Positions 9,493-18,575 of a stretch of DNA of 64,000 nt are shown here, piece after piece; the first letter of the stretch is position 1; the number at the start of each line of letters is the position of its first letter. Source of the DNA: a virus. The stretch is from IMG/VR virus record IMGVR_UViG_3300024261_000009, positions 53,233-117,232 of that record. One strand, 5' to 3'. A program made the position numbers and the translations under genes. Under the pieces are notes generated by a model. It did no database searches. It worked only from the letters and a program-made list of their open reading frames with translations, and was not told the origin of the DNA.

Positions 9493-9849
9493 ATGTTAGA
9501 TATTGCATACAGGATAGGTTCTCGAAGGGCAGAAGAGGAGGCTCTTTTAAAGCATTCCTCGCTGGCTAAGAGTTTAGCAGCAGCAGGCGTGTCCGGGAGC
9601 GTTATAGGTTCCGTAGGAAGCCAGTTGAGTTCCAGAGATGACGGTTCCCTATTCCTAGACCCCAAGCAGGTGTCCGGCCAGGCTATCACAGAGGGGGCCG
9701 CTACAGGACTAGGCGCAATGGGGGGGTTAGCCGCGGGTAGAACCTTCGGAAAAGGCTTTTGGCCCAGCGTTCTGGGAATGGCTCTGGGAGGTACTATAGC
9801 CCCTACCGCTGTAAGAAACCTAGGTTCGAGTAGAAACAATGTCTATTAG
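9493..9849 (+). CDS. Glycine-zipper putative internal head/ejection protein (MLxxAY leader family)
   Basis: N-terminus MLDIAYRIGSRRAEEEALLKHSS; GAATGLGAMGGLAAG and VLGMALGG glycine zippers. Confidence 0.6.
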   Translation: MLDIAYRIGSRRAEEEALLKHSSLAKSLAAAGVSGSVIGSVGSQLSSRDDGSLFLDPKQVSGQAITEGAATGLGAMGGLAAGRTFGKGFWPSVLGMALGGTIAPTAVRNLGSSRNNVY

Positions 9850-11617
9850 TGGGCCTCTAGGGAGTGTATTGGTCAACTCACTGCTTCCCGAAGTTCACCG
9901 AATTTCGGGGCCTCTGGATAAGAAAAACCTTCGGACCAGTTTAAAAGAGTACGCGCGTAAAGACCCAAGAGGGTACGCCGAAAAAGTTACGGATATTAAG
10001 AATCTGGGGGATGAGTTTGCTACTTACGAGGGCGTGTCCGTCGGCCTAGACGATATAGAACCTCAGTACAGGGTCCGGGACCCTATCCTGAAGAACGCTC
10101 GAAAACAGTTCTGGTCGGCAAAGTCCGAGGACGAAAAGACTAAGGTGCTCCTAGCAACGCAAGATAAGCTGAAGGGCATAACTGGGTCCCACCCGGGCGA
10201 CTTGGGTCTTATGGCTCGTTCCGGGGGTCGGGGAAACTTGGCTCAGATGATGAAGGCAACAGCCTCCCCTGTGGTGATTGGCGATTACCACGGAGCGCCG
10301 GTTCCCTACTTAATATCGAGGGGCTACTCGGAAGGACTAGCTCCAGCAGAGCATTGGATAGCGGGAGACGAGAGTCGCGCTCAGGTTATTAAGGGTCAGT
10401 TAGGGACGGCGGACCCTGGGGAACTTGGGAATATAATGGCCGCAATGATGTCCTCTCAGGTTATCTCGTCAGAAGACTGTGGGACAGACAATGGGCTTCT
10501 ACTAAAGTCTGGGGATACAAACTCTCTAGGCCGGTTTGAGGCGGGAACGAACAGAATAGTAGACTCCCGGATATTAAAAGCTGTAGGTAGGACCGGGGGC
10601 ATTAAAGTTCGCTCCCCAATGACCTGCGAGCTCCCCTCTGGAGTGTGCAAAAAGTGTCAGGGAACGAACAACTACGGAGAACTCGAGGAAATAGGTTCCA
10701 ACGTAGGAGTAGCTTCTGCCCAAGCTTTGGGTGAACCTCTAACCCAACTAACGCTGTCTTCAAAGCACGGTATAAGTTTTGTTGAAGGGGATCGGGATAT
10801 ACCCCGAGGCGTGGCTGCAGTTAGACAATTTCTAGAGACGCCCTCTTCCTTTATGGCCAAGGCAACTTTGGCCCAGAACAACGGAACGGTTACTCATATA
10901 AGCAGGGCCCCTCAAGGGGGGCACGATATTAATGTCTCAGGCACCTCTCACTATGTCCCTCCCAGTAGGGGTATACGAGTGTCAGTTGGCGACAGAGTAT
11001 CCCCCGGGGACACTCTAACTAACGGGGTCCCGTCTCCGGTGGAAGTCGTTAAGTACAAGGGTTTGGGAGAAGGTCGAAAGTATCTTACGGATGCGATGCA
11101 TAAGGTTTACGGGGACTCCGGAGTAAATATAGACAAGCGTCACCTAGAGAACTTGGTGAAAGCCCAGTTAGGGTACTACAAGGTAACAGGAAGCGGCATA
11201 GGACAGCACCTACCTGGAGAAGTGATAACCTCTAAGGAGGTAGAAGCGGCCTACCAGGTGAGAGCTAAAAAGTTTCCAGTATCCGGGGCAAGCGGTAAAA
11301 TATTAGCTAAGCAGACTCTCCACCACCTCCCAGGGACTCCTATAGACTCCGGAATGGTCAACCAGTTTAGAGAGGCGAAACTTCCATCTGTTTACGCGGT
11401 GGAGGAGGACCCGAACGTGGAGCCCTTCGTTACTTCGGCTTCAAGGGTTCCGCTGCTAAATCCTGACTGGCTCCAGAGACTCGGACATAGATACCAAAAG
11501 GATACTCTGCTTCAGGCAGCTAACTACGGGGAAAAGTCAGACATACACTCGCATAATCCAGTCCCAGCCCTTATTTTCGGTACAGAGATAAGAAAAGGAC
11601 CTGAAGGGAAGTACTAA
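9839..11617 (+). CDS. rpoC: Phage RNA polymerase beta' C-terminal subunit (RpoC2-like)
   Basis: LDKKNL...IKNLGDEFATYEGVSVGLDDI (RpoC2 N-terminal pattern), ARSGGRG, EDCGT, VRSPMTC...VCKKC (Zn site), trigger loop AQALGEPLTQLTLSSKH, VNIDKRHLENLVKAQL. Confidence 0.93.
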   Translation: MSISGPLGSVLVNSLLPEVHRISGPLDKKNLRTSLKEYARKDPRGYAEKVTDIKNLGDEFATYEGVSVGLDDIEPQYRVRDPILKNARKQFWSAKSEDEKTKVLLATQDKLKGITGSHPGDLGLMARSGGRGNLAQMMKATASPVVIGDYHGAPVPYLISRGYSEGLAPAEHWIAGDESRAQVIKGQLGTADPGELGNIMAAMMSSQVISSEDCGTDNGLLLKSGDTNSLGRFEAGTNRIVDSRILKAVGRTGGIKVRSPMTCELPSGVCKKCQGTNNYGELEEIGSNVGVASAQALGEPLTQLTLSSKHGISFVEGDRDIPRGVAAVRQFLETPSSFMAKATLAQNNGTVTHISRAPQGGHDINVSGTSHYVPPSRGIRVSVGDRVSPGDTLTNGVPSPVEVVKYKGLGEGRKYLTDAMHKVYGDSGVNIDKRHLENLVKAQLGYYKVTGSGIGQHLPGEVITSKEVEAAYQVRAKKFPVSGASGKILAKQTLHHLPGTPIDSGMVNQFREAKLPSVYAVEEDPNVEPFVTSASRVPLLNPDWLQRLGHRYQKDTLLQAANYGEKSDIHSHNPVPALIFGTEIRKGPEGKY

Positions 11618-11619
11618 CA

Positions 11620-12444
11620 ATGAACCTCGTAGATCTAGTGGCGATGCCCGATAGTTTTGATAAGACCTCCTCCGTAGCCCAAAGCGCGTTAGGCAGGATA
11701 CTGCTTGGCAACAAAAACCTGACAAAGGCCCAGCTTAGAGAAGGTAGGAAGTACGTTACTAGAAGCGGTTATGAGAAGTTGGACCCTAACAAGGGCATGA
11801 TTAGGTCCCTCTTGATGGGGTCCGGGAAAAACCCGCTCAAGACCCTGGGGGCTAGGTTTCGTCAAGGGGGCGTCTTGGGTAAGGGCGGACTTCTAAGGGG
11901 AGAAATGGCCTTGAACCCCCTATTGTCAAGGAGCTACCTAAGAATTAAGCGGGGCGGGGGAACTGCGGCGGACTATAAAAACCTGGCAGTTTACGGAGGT
12001 GGGGGTGGCGCTATGAATGCTCTTCTTGTTGGGCTCCCTGCAGCGTCTATTTACAGCTCAGCAACAGACCCGAATGTCCGAGCTCCTGGAGCGTCCGTTG
12101 GGATGGAGCTAGGAACAACCCTAGGATACCTCTTAGGGGGTCCTCTCGGTGCTATAGGCTCAATTGGAGCAGGCATGGCCGGAGGTTTTTCTGGGGGTTA
12201 CGTAGGATCCCACTTAGACGGCAAGCCTATACAGCAGGTTAGTGACTTCGCGGATATCCCCGCAGGGCCCTATAATAGAGTAAGCAATTACCAAGAATCC
12301 TTATACGATCCTTACCAGAATCGGTACGGCGGTCCGGGTTCCTATACCAGCGTGGGACTTGCCCCTTTACCCCAGCAAAACGCATATAGTTACGAATTAA
12401 GTCCTGAAAATGGCAATAATGGTCTTGCACTAGGCAGCTATTAG
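11620..12444 (+). CDS. Gly-rich putative internal head/ejection protein with glycine-zipper helices
   Basis: FDKTSS site near the N-terminus; basic N-half, then GMELGTTLGYLLGGPLGAIGSIGAGMAGGFSGG. Confidence 0.6.
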   Translation: MNLVDLVAMPDSFDKTSSVAQSALGRILLGNKNLTKAQLREGRKYVTRSGYEKLDPNKGMIRSLLMGSGKNPLKTLGARFRQGGVLGKGGLLRGEMALNPLLSRSYLRIKRGGGTAADYKNLAVYGGGGGAMNALLVGLPAASIYSSATDPNVRAPGASVGMELGTTLGYLLGGPLGAIGSIGAGMAGGFSGGYVGSHLDGKPIQQVSDFADIPAGPYNRVSNYQESLYDPYQNRYGGPGSYTSVGLAPLPQQNAYSYELSPENGNNGLALGSY

Positions 12445-12533
12445 GTACATCCTTCCAGAGGTTATATTTAAACGAGGGGGAAGTACGCCCCCGCTAAGTA
12501 CAGAACGCCCCCAAGGGCTGAGGAGAACCGCTA

Positions 12534-13583
12534 ATGAGCGTTATTTTTAAGGTAGCTTACGCGCGTGGCGTACAGAACGCCCTGGTTAACACCGGTGCAA
12601 TCGGTAAGTACGCAAACGAAGAAATGGCTGATGTTGCTGCGGAGATAGCAGCAGAGGAGATGTCCGAGGACGTTGAGCCTGTTGAGGGTCCCGTTGCTGC
12701 TGACGAAACAGCAGATGTTGCTGCTAAGCTCATAGAGCTTTCCCAGGCATCTTCGGAGACTGCAGAAGCAGCTGCAGAGCAAGCTGATGTTGCTGCTGAA
12801 GCAGCGGCGGCCGTAGCCTCTATGAAGGCTGCTTCTTCTGAGCTTGTTCATGCATCCGGAGGAGGCGCGCTGGCACCGAACACGATAACCTCGGCAGCCG
12901 CAATAACCGCAGAAGGCTCTATGGAAGCCGCAGCTCGACCTGAAGGATACGCGGAGAACCGACCCTCTCCCCAGGCTCCTTCAGCCCAACAGGGTATACA
13001 GCAACCCCACCCGGGAGCTATGACAACCACTGACGTAACTAAGGGAGCTTCCGCAGCGGCGATTCTGCGAAAGTTAGCCGAAGGAGACTTCGATCATACG
13101 ACCGGTGGTGCGGGACCCAACGCTGTTGAAGACGCCCCCTCTGCCGAAGGAAAGATGGAAGCAGCAGCTCGACCTTCAGGTTACGCTGAGACAGGGCCCG
13201 CAGTAAGCGAGCCTGTAGCCCAGCAAGGCGAAGAGCAAGCCCACCCCGGATCACCCACAGGCGAAACTCTCGAGGGTAAGGTTGCCTCTGCGTTTGACGT
13301 CCTGTTCAACAAGACAGCTGAGGAAGTGGTTCCTCACCTTCCCTATGGGCTGACACAAGAGCAAAAGGTTGCCGCAGTTCGAACCATGATAGGTATGACC
13401 ACGCCAGAACGCGCACAGTACATATCAAGAATCAAATCTGCTATGGAGTCCGAGGACGAAATGTCTGAGGAGGAGCGACAAGGAGCCAAGGAAGTCGCTG
13501 AAGAAGTTGTGGAGGAAAAGTTAGACGGGGAGGAAGCTAAGGAAGCTGCCGCTATTCTTCGACGTCTAGGCTTTGGTGTCTAG
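12534..13583 (+). CDS. Acidic Ala-rich head core/scaffold-like protein with an internal duplication
   Basis: GAGGAG RBS; several K-x-A sites; two copies of AEGxMEAAARPxGYAE...AQQG...HPG. Confidence 0.6.
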   Translation: MSVIFKVAYARGVQNALVNTGAIGKYANEEMADVAAEIAAEEMSEDVEPVEGPVAADETADVAAKLIELSQASSETAEAAAEQADVAAEAAAAVASMKAASSELVHASGGGALAPNTITSAAAITAEGSMEAAARPEGYAENRPSPQAPSAQQGIQQPHPGAMTTTDVTKGASAAAILRKLAEGDFDHTTGGAGPNAVEDAPSAEGKMEAAARPSGYAETGPAVSEPVAQQGEEQAHPGSPTGETLEGKVASAFDVLFNKTAEEVVPHLPYGLTQEQKVAAVRTMIGMTTPERAQYISRIKSAMESEDEMSEEERQGAKEVAEEVVEEKLDGEEAKEAAAILRRLGFGV

Positions 13584-13641
13584 TAGTAAATGTTAACCCC
13601 TCTGGGCACCTGAACGGGGGGCTATAAAGGGTCCCTATACT

Positions 13642-14310
13642 ATGCCCTCTGAATTAAGTTTAGCCGATTACCTGTCGGCAAATCCCGCCACCCAAAGTGG
13701 GAGTATAAAGAGCACTCCTGGTTTGAGGTTCGGTGACCTGGCCTCAAACCCAGGCGTCTCTAAGTTCCTTAACGCCTTAGGCGGAAGCCCCGAACTATCC
13801 CCCGAGATAAAAGCTTTAGCTATAAAGTACCTCGAACAAGACCCTACTCTTAGGGACATGGAGATAGGAAAAGTTCCTAAGGGGAGAGACGCCTTTAACT
13901 GGGGAACGGGAAGACTCGCCGTTAGTAGTCCAGACCCAGATATACTATCTCACGAGGCTTCCCACGCAAAGATGTTACGGGAAGAGAGTCTTTATAGAGA
14001 CATACTAGGTATGTCTAAACGCATAGTAGGGCTAAATAATCTAGCTAGTATTCCCGCTATTCTAGGAATAAGATCATTTCTCGGGGATTCTGACACAGGA
14101 AATACTATCTTAAAGACACTGGCGGGGGCGTCCATATTGGCGGCAGCCCCCAATATTATAGAAGAGACAAGAGCTACAGCGGAGGCTTTGGCTAAAAGTG
14201 ACGATAAGTTAAGAACGGCTATAGCGTTGGGGCCTGGTCTGGCTTCACACTACGCGCATGACTTAGTCGCTCCAACAGCCTACTATTTGGCAGGAAGTAA
14301 ACTGGATTAG
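13642..14310 (+). CDS. HExxH zinc-metallopeptidase-like protein with C-terminal hydrophobic helices
   Basis: DILSHEASH motif, downstream IIEETRA (possible third ligand Glu), TM-like segments. Confidence 0.55.
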   Translation: MPSELSLADYLSANPATQSGSIKSTPGLRFGDLASNPGVSKFLNALGGSPELSPEIKALAIKYLEQDPTLRDMEIGKVPKGRDAFNWGTGRLAVSSPDPDILSHEASHAKMLREESLYRDILGMSKRIVGLNNLASIPAILGIRSFLGDSDTGNTILKTLAGASILAAAPNIIEETRATAEALAKSDDKLRTAIALGPGLASHYAHDLVAPTAYYLAGSKLD

Positions 14311-14313
14311 AAC

Positions 14314-16344
14314 ATGTTAAAATTATCAGCAATATCTCCTAGAACCAACGCTTTTATGAGCCCTGAGTCTTCGGACACACCCGAGGAATCCGCATTCAGC
14401 AGAATATTTACTAATCTATCCTATGGGACGTTAGAGACCAAGGCTCCGAAATCTCTGCGAGAGGTAATAACCTTTAAGATTCTTGAAGCGGACCTGGAGT
14501 CCGGGACTGCTACAGGGGTATTCATATGCCAGAGGGGAAAGGCTGTTTACTATATACCGATGGTACTTACCGACAGCACAGTAGTCCCTCCAGAGATGTT
14601 GTATAGTAAAGAAGTGGACGCTTTTCTTCCTCTTAAAGAAGGGTGGTTGGACGAACTACAGACTGATTCTATGGGATCTCTGGGATCTCCTAGTGATATT
14701 CCTGAAGGGATGTCCGAGGGTCTCAATCTCTCGGGGATCCTTTCTCCCCCTTCGCAGGGCAGGGTATCCTACGCTAGTTTTAGTGGGCGGGGTGTACCTC
14801 TGGTACCCCTACTGGAAAGGTCTCCTAACACGGTCAAAAAAGCGTTTGCTACGTTTCTTCGAAACAACCCAAGCAGCTTGGATACCGCTATCAAGTACCA
14901 CGGCCCCACTCTGGTTGCGGCCCTTCAGGAGAAGACTGCCGAGGCGGTTCCTCAAAGGGTCTCTTGGGCGGTTCTCACCACGCAGGACAGCTCCGAGGAC
15001 TTTAGGACCCATTTCGGTTCTCTTTCCGGTGACGCCTTCAAGGTAGCTGCCGCGGAAGGTTCTGTTATACGAGACACTAGGTCAGACGCGGGGATTCCTA
15101 TAAGGGTAGAGACCCAGATAAAGCCCCTAGTGCCTGGTGAAAGTGGAGGTTACCGAGTAATTGATACTAAGGGATCTGTCCACTCCGTGGCTGTATTCGT
15201 TAACCCTTCTGATATATCAGGCAACGAAGAAAATCCTGATAAGTACCTTGTACTATTCGAGGGAGGGGACTTTATCCGTACAAAGGATTTAGTTGCGCTA
15301 GACCATGAGGAAAGCCTGCCGAGGTTTTTATCTAAAGCACTTTCTGAGAAGGGATCTCCTCTAAAGAGGGGCCGTCAGATTCTGGTCAAGGGAGGAAAAT
15401 CTCCGTCCGCAACGCTGCCGGTAGGCTTATCCAGTATAGCTGTCTCTGGCGATACAGAGCGGGCTGTCATAACAGGTCCTTATTCCAACAGCTCTTTGGT
15501 TAGAACTTCAAAAGCTCCCATGGCAGTTCCTCACAGACCTAAGGGGTCAAAAACGGTATTCGTTCCTGCCAAGTATACCAGTGTTCCTGTAGCGAAAGAG
15601 AGGTCTGCAAGCACGTTAGTGACGGACGCGACAACCTTCTTGGAAATGGTAAACACCGGTGTGGCTAAACTAGCCTCCCGGAGGATGTCTGTTAAGTCCT
15701 CTCTAGCGGGGGAGTGGTCCATAGATGGAAAAAGATCCGGGGACTTCCTGCAGACTGTTAGAAAGATGGCTTCAGAAGGGCTGCGGGCCGATGCTTCCGC
15801 ACAATTACTAAAAGATACGCCGTTGGGCGGGGTCATTAACACATACGTAGTCCCAGCCTCTAAACTCAGCTCCGTAGGGAGCATATTCGCAAAGGGTGCT
15901 CAAATGGACCCTTCTATGATGGGCGGCCAAATGGACCCTTCTATGATGGGCGGCCAAATGGACCCTTCTATGATGGGCGGCCAAATGGACCCTTCTATGA
16001 TGGGTGCTCAGGTAAACCCTCAGTTTATGCAAGATGCCTCTGCTCTTAATGACCAAGGCGTTTTTGATGTAGCCGCAGCAGCTTCAGTGCTCCAGTCTCC
16101 GGACCTGCGGGACATCGTGTCTAGTTACTTACCCGACCTTCAAAAAAGCCTAGATAGCTTAGGCCGAATACTACTAGCAGTAGGTGTTAGAAAGTCTCAT
16201 CTAGTCGAACAACTAGGCGAAGAAGAGTATTCTTCTTTAAGGAAGAAGATTAAGCGTGTATTTAATACACTGGGGGACATTGTCCTTAAACTAGACAAGC
16301 AGAACAACATAGACCAAGACACTCAGGAAGAGTTACCGTACTAA
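14314..16344 (+). CDS. Large head-module protein (676 aa) with K-x-A sites and a Met/Gly repeat
   Basis: EKTAE, AKLAS, RKMAS and AKGAQ sites; (QMDPSMMGG)x4; helical C-terminus. Confidence 0.7.
   Translation: MLKLSAISPRTNAFMSPESSDTPEESAFSRIFTNLSYGTLETKAPKSLREVITFKILEADLESGTATGVFICQRGKAVYYIPMVLTDSTVVPPEMLYSKEVDAFLPLKEGWLDELQTDSMGSLGSPSDIPEGMSEGLNLSGILSPPSQGRVSYASFSGRGVPLVPLLERSPNTVKKAFATFLRNNPSSLDTAIKYHGPTLVAALQEKTAEAVPQRVSWAVLTTQDSSEDFRTHFGSLSGDAFKVAAAEGSVIRDTRSDAGIPIRVETQIKPLVPGESGGYRVIDTKGSVHSVAVFVNPSDISGNEENPDKYLVLFEGGDFIRTKDLVALDHEESLPRFLSKALSEKGSPLKRGRQILVKGGKSPSATLPVGLSSIAVSGDTERAVITGPYSNSSLVRTSKAPMAVPHRPKGSKTVFVPAKYTSVPVAKERSASTLVTDATTFLEMVNTGVAKLASRRMSVKSSLAGEWSIDGKRSGDFLQTVRKMASEGLRADASAQLLKDTPLGGVINTYVVPASKLSSVGSIFAKGAQMDPSMMGGQMDPSMMGGQMDPSMMGGQMDPSMMGAQVNPQFMQDASALNDQGVFDVAAAASVLQSPDLRDIVSSYLPDLQKSLDSLGRILLAVGVRKSHLVEQLGEEEYSSLRKKIKRVFNTLGDIVLKLDKQNNIDQDTQEELPY
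15901..16008 (+). repeat. 27-nt coding tandem repeat x4 (QMDPSMMGG)
   Basis: caaatggacccttctatgatgggcggc at 15901, 15928 and 15955; variant ending ggtgct at 15982. Confidence 0.97.
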
Positions 16345-17081
16345 TGGCATCTAAGGGCACCAAAAAGAGAGCTGAACCTACGCCTAGACTTAGGTCTCCA
16401 GATTTTAGGTCTAAGCAGGTGCGCCTAGACAAAGTAAAACCGGAAGACTGTATTGACCCGTACATGCGGGAGTTTTCCGAGATACTTTGGGGACAAGAAG
16501 ACAAGGCCTCCGACGGTGTGTACTACGCCTACCTGATTGACCAGGTTCCCTACGCCCGGGCCGTAACAAGATCCCTACTACTAAGTAAGGCTCCCGTTGA
16601 GGCTTTTGTGAACATCCTAGATATGGGCGAGGAGACACTCCTTGCTTACTCTAGGCTCTTCTTTGATGTCGGGGTTTTCCCGAACAGGCTCTTTAAGGAC
16701 GTCTATGTTAGACAGCTGTCCGAAATAGGTCCGGAAGACAAGTTTGAGCGTGATATGATGCTCTGGGGACTTCAGCTAGGCTGGAAGTACATCTTATGGA
16801 AAATCGCGGGGAGCGCCTGTGCGGCAGACCCCGCAGAGGCCCTACAGGGCATGCTAACTGATGCGGTATGGAGAAGTAGAGAGCATATTCTCAGCACCGC
16901 TACGGACCAGAGAGCAGCGGCGGCTCGTGCCTGGATGCCGCAGGCTCTAAAGGCTCTTGAGATATCTGAAAAAATTAGTCCGAATAGGGTGAATTCTTTA
17001 GAAGAACTCCGTATTCGTTTAGTGGGCGCTGATATTACCCGATCTATAGAAGATTTAGGAAATATAAACGTCGTTTCTTAG
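16344..17081 (+). CDS. Hypothetical protein in head module (245 aa)
   Basis: TAATG overlap with the upstream gene; globular composition; no K-x-A enrichment. Confidence 0.7.
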   Translation: MASKGTKKRAEPTPRLRSPDFRSKQVRLDKVKPEDCIDPYMREFSEILWGQEDKASDGVYYAYLIDQVPYARAVTRSLLLSKAPVEAFVNILDMGEETLLAYSRLFFDVGVFPNRLFKDVYVRQLSEIGPEDKFERDMMLWGLQLGWKYILWKIAGSACAADPAEALQGMLTDAVWRSREHILSTATDQRAAAARAWMPQALKALEISEKISPNRVNSLEELRIRLVGADITRSIEDLGNINVVS

Positions 17082-17094
17082 GTAGAGGACACAC

Positions 17095-17931
17095 ATGCGT
17101 CGAGCAGATTACGAGCGCAAAGCAGATGAAGCAGTTCAAGGTTTTGTTACCGAGGGTGTCCCTCTTGAGAGGACTATCGTTAAGATAGCCCGAAGAGACT
17201 CTCTTAACCCTGAACAAATTCGGCGGGTCGTGGAGATGGCAAACACGGGAACTTTCTTAGAGTTATTTAACAAGACCGCTGGAGAAGACGACCGTATGGT
17301 GGAATTCTCCGTAGCTGATCCAGAGTCGGTTATAGAACAATTCTACGAGAGCTCTCCAGAGAAGTTAAGTAAGGTGGCTGCGTTGAGGACTCCTATTTCT
17401 GAAGAAGCTTATTACGCCTCTGTAGAGGACGAAAACACCCCGAGAGAAGCGCTCACTAAAGCGGCCTCGAAGGAGGAATCCGGAGTGGAGGACCCACGGA
17501 AGCTCGTTCCCTGGCAGGTTGCTCTGGAGCGAAGCCGAAAGGTCGCCAGTTCTCTAGAGGACAAGATCTGTGAAGCGGATATCCTGGCGGGGGAGTTAGC
17601 CGATAAAGTCGCTTCTAGTTTCCGAGGTATCTATTCTCGGGAAGAGTATCCCAAGTTTGAGAAAGAAGCATTCCTGTTATACGGGTCAGATGCTGCCATA
17701 CCCGCCATTGCTATACGAAGGAGACTGGGGATGCCCTCACTGGAAGTTGTGCCCTCAGCAGAATCGCTGAAGACAGCCTCCTACTACGCTGTTGTTGACA
17801 AGACTTCCAAAGGAATGCCCGAGGTGGGAGAGTACCTAAAGCAGGCGGGGGTTGTGTCTGAGTGTACTCAGGCTCTTGAAGCGATCTCTGCTCGGATAAA
17901 CAAACTTCAATGGGGCAAGTACCGTGGCTAA
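17095..17931 (+). CDS. K-x-A-rich head assembly/core protein (278 aa)
   Basis: GAGGA RBS; KIA, KTA, KVA, KAA, KVA, KVA, KEA, KTA and KQA sites. Confidence 0.7.
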   Translation: MRRADYERKADEAVQGFVTEGVPLERTIVKIARRDSLNPEQIRRVVEMANTGTFLELFNKTAGEDDRMVEFSVADPESVIEQFYESSPEKLSKVAALRTPISEEAYYASVEDENTPREALTKAASKEESGVEDPRKLVPWQVALERSRKVASSLEDKICEADILAGELADKVASSFRGIYSREEYPKFEKEAFLLYGSDAAIPAIAIRRRLGMPSLEVVPSAESLKTASYYAVVDKTSKGMPEVGEYLKQAGVVSECTQALEAISARINKLQWGKYRG

Positions 17932-18574
17932 CTACCGTGACAAACTGGCGTCCTGGGACAAATCCCTAGGGCAGGAAAAGATGGCTACGGACCTAGCCGA
18001 GGTGGCTTTATTAGGCTCGATGATGGGGTCTAACCAGGGGTCCGCTGCGACCCAAAGCAAGATGCTTCTGAACAAGACGCCTTACCTACTGGGGGCTAAG
18101 GCCCTTAACACGACAGACCCCGCGTTTGACACACTAGGCTATCGCCTTAACAGGTTCTTCCACGGGGGCTTCAAGGGCCTGATGGACCGAGTAAAGGCAG
18201 ACGAGATCTTTGCTAAGACGGTTGTTGACGGACTTTCACAAACGACCTTTGAAGTTGCTAAGGATACGCTAGCGGATTCTTTTTCCTCGGCGTCAAAAGC
18301 GATGTACGAACGTAACGTAGCAAGCCCAACCAGAGTTGCCATCTTGGACCAACTTAAAAAAGAAGACGACATAATTGGTGCCGCGGGTCAGAAGAACCTA
18401 CTAGAGGCGTACCATACTATGAAGACATTCGCTCCCAGCCTCTCCATAGACAAGAACGCCGTTAAATCCTTCCTGAGGCAGGCCGTACAGCACGAAGGCG
18501 GAATAGACTATGTTAGTATCAAGGGACTGGCGGAAGCAGAGAACGCAATAACAGGAAAACCGAGGGATCGATAG
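17924..18574 (+). CDS. Putative virion protein (216 aa) with N-terminal K-x-A sites
   Basis: GTG start overlapping the upstream gene; DKLAS and EKMAT sites. Confidence 0.65.
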   Translation: MANYRDKLASWDKSLGQEKMATDLAEVALLGSMMGSNQGSAATQSKMLLNKTPYLLGAKALNTTDPAFDTLGYRLNRFFHGGFKGLMDRVKADEIFAKTVVDGLSQTTFEVAKDTLADSFSSASKAMYERNVASPTRVAILDQLKKEDDIIGAAGQKNLLEAYHTMKTFAPSLSIDKNAVKSFLRQAVQHEGGIDYVSIKGLAEAENAITGKPRDR

Positions 18575-18575
18575 T

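Noticed and set aside
3586-11617. Host chromosomal rpoBC locus or contamination
   Set aside because: It has no ribosomal-protein or nusG neighbours, universally conserved residues are heavily diverged, and it is embedded co-directionally among portal and head genes with the same codon style.
16344-17081. Terminase small subunit
   Set aside because: Position and helical content are suggestive only; there is no diagnostic motif and no large terminase in the window.
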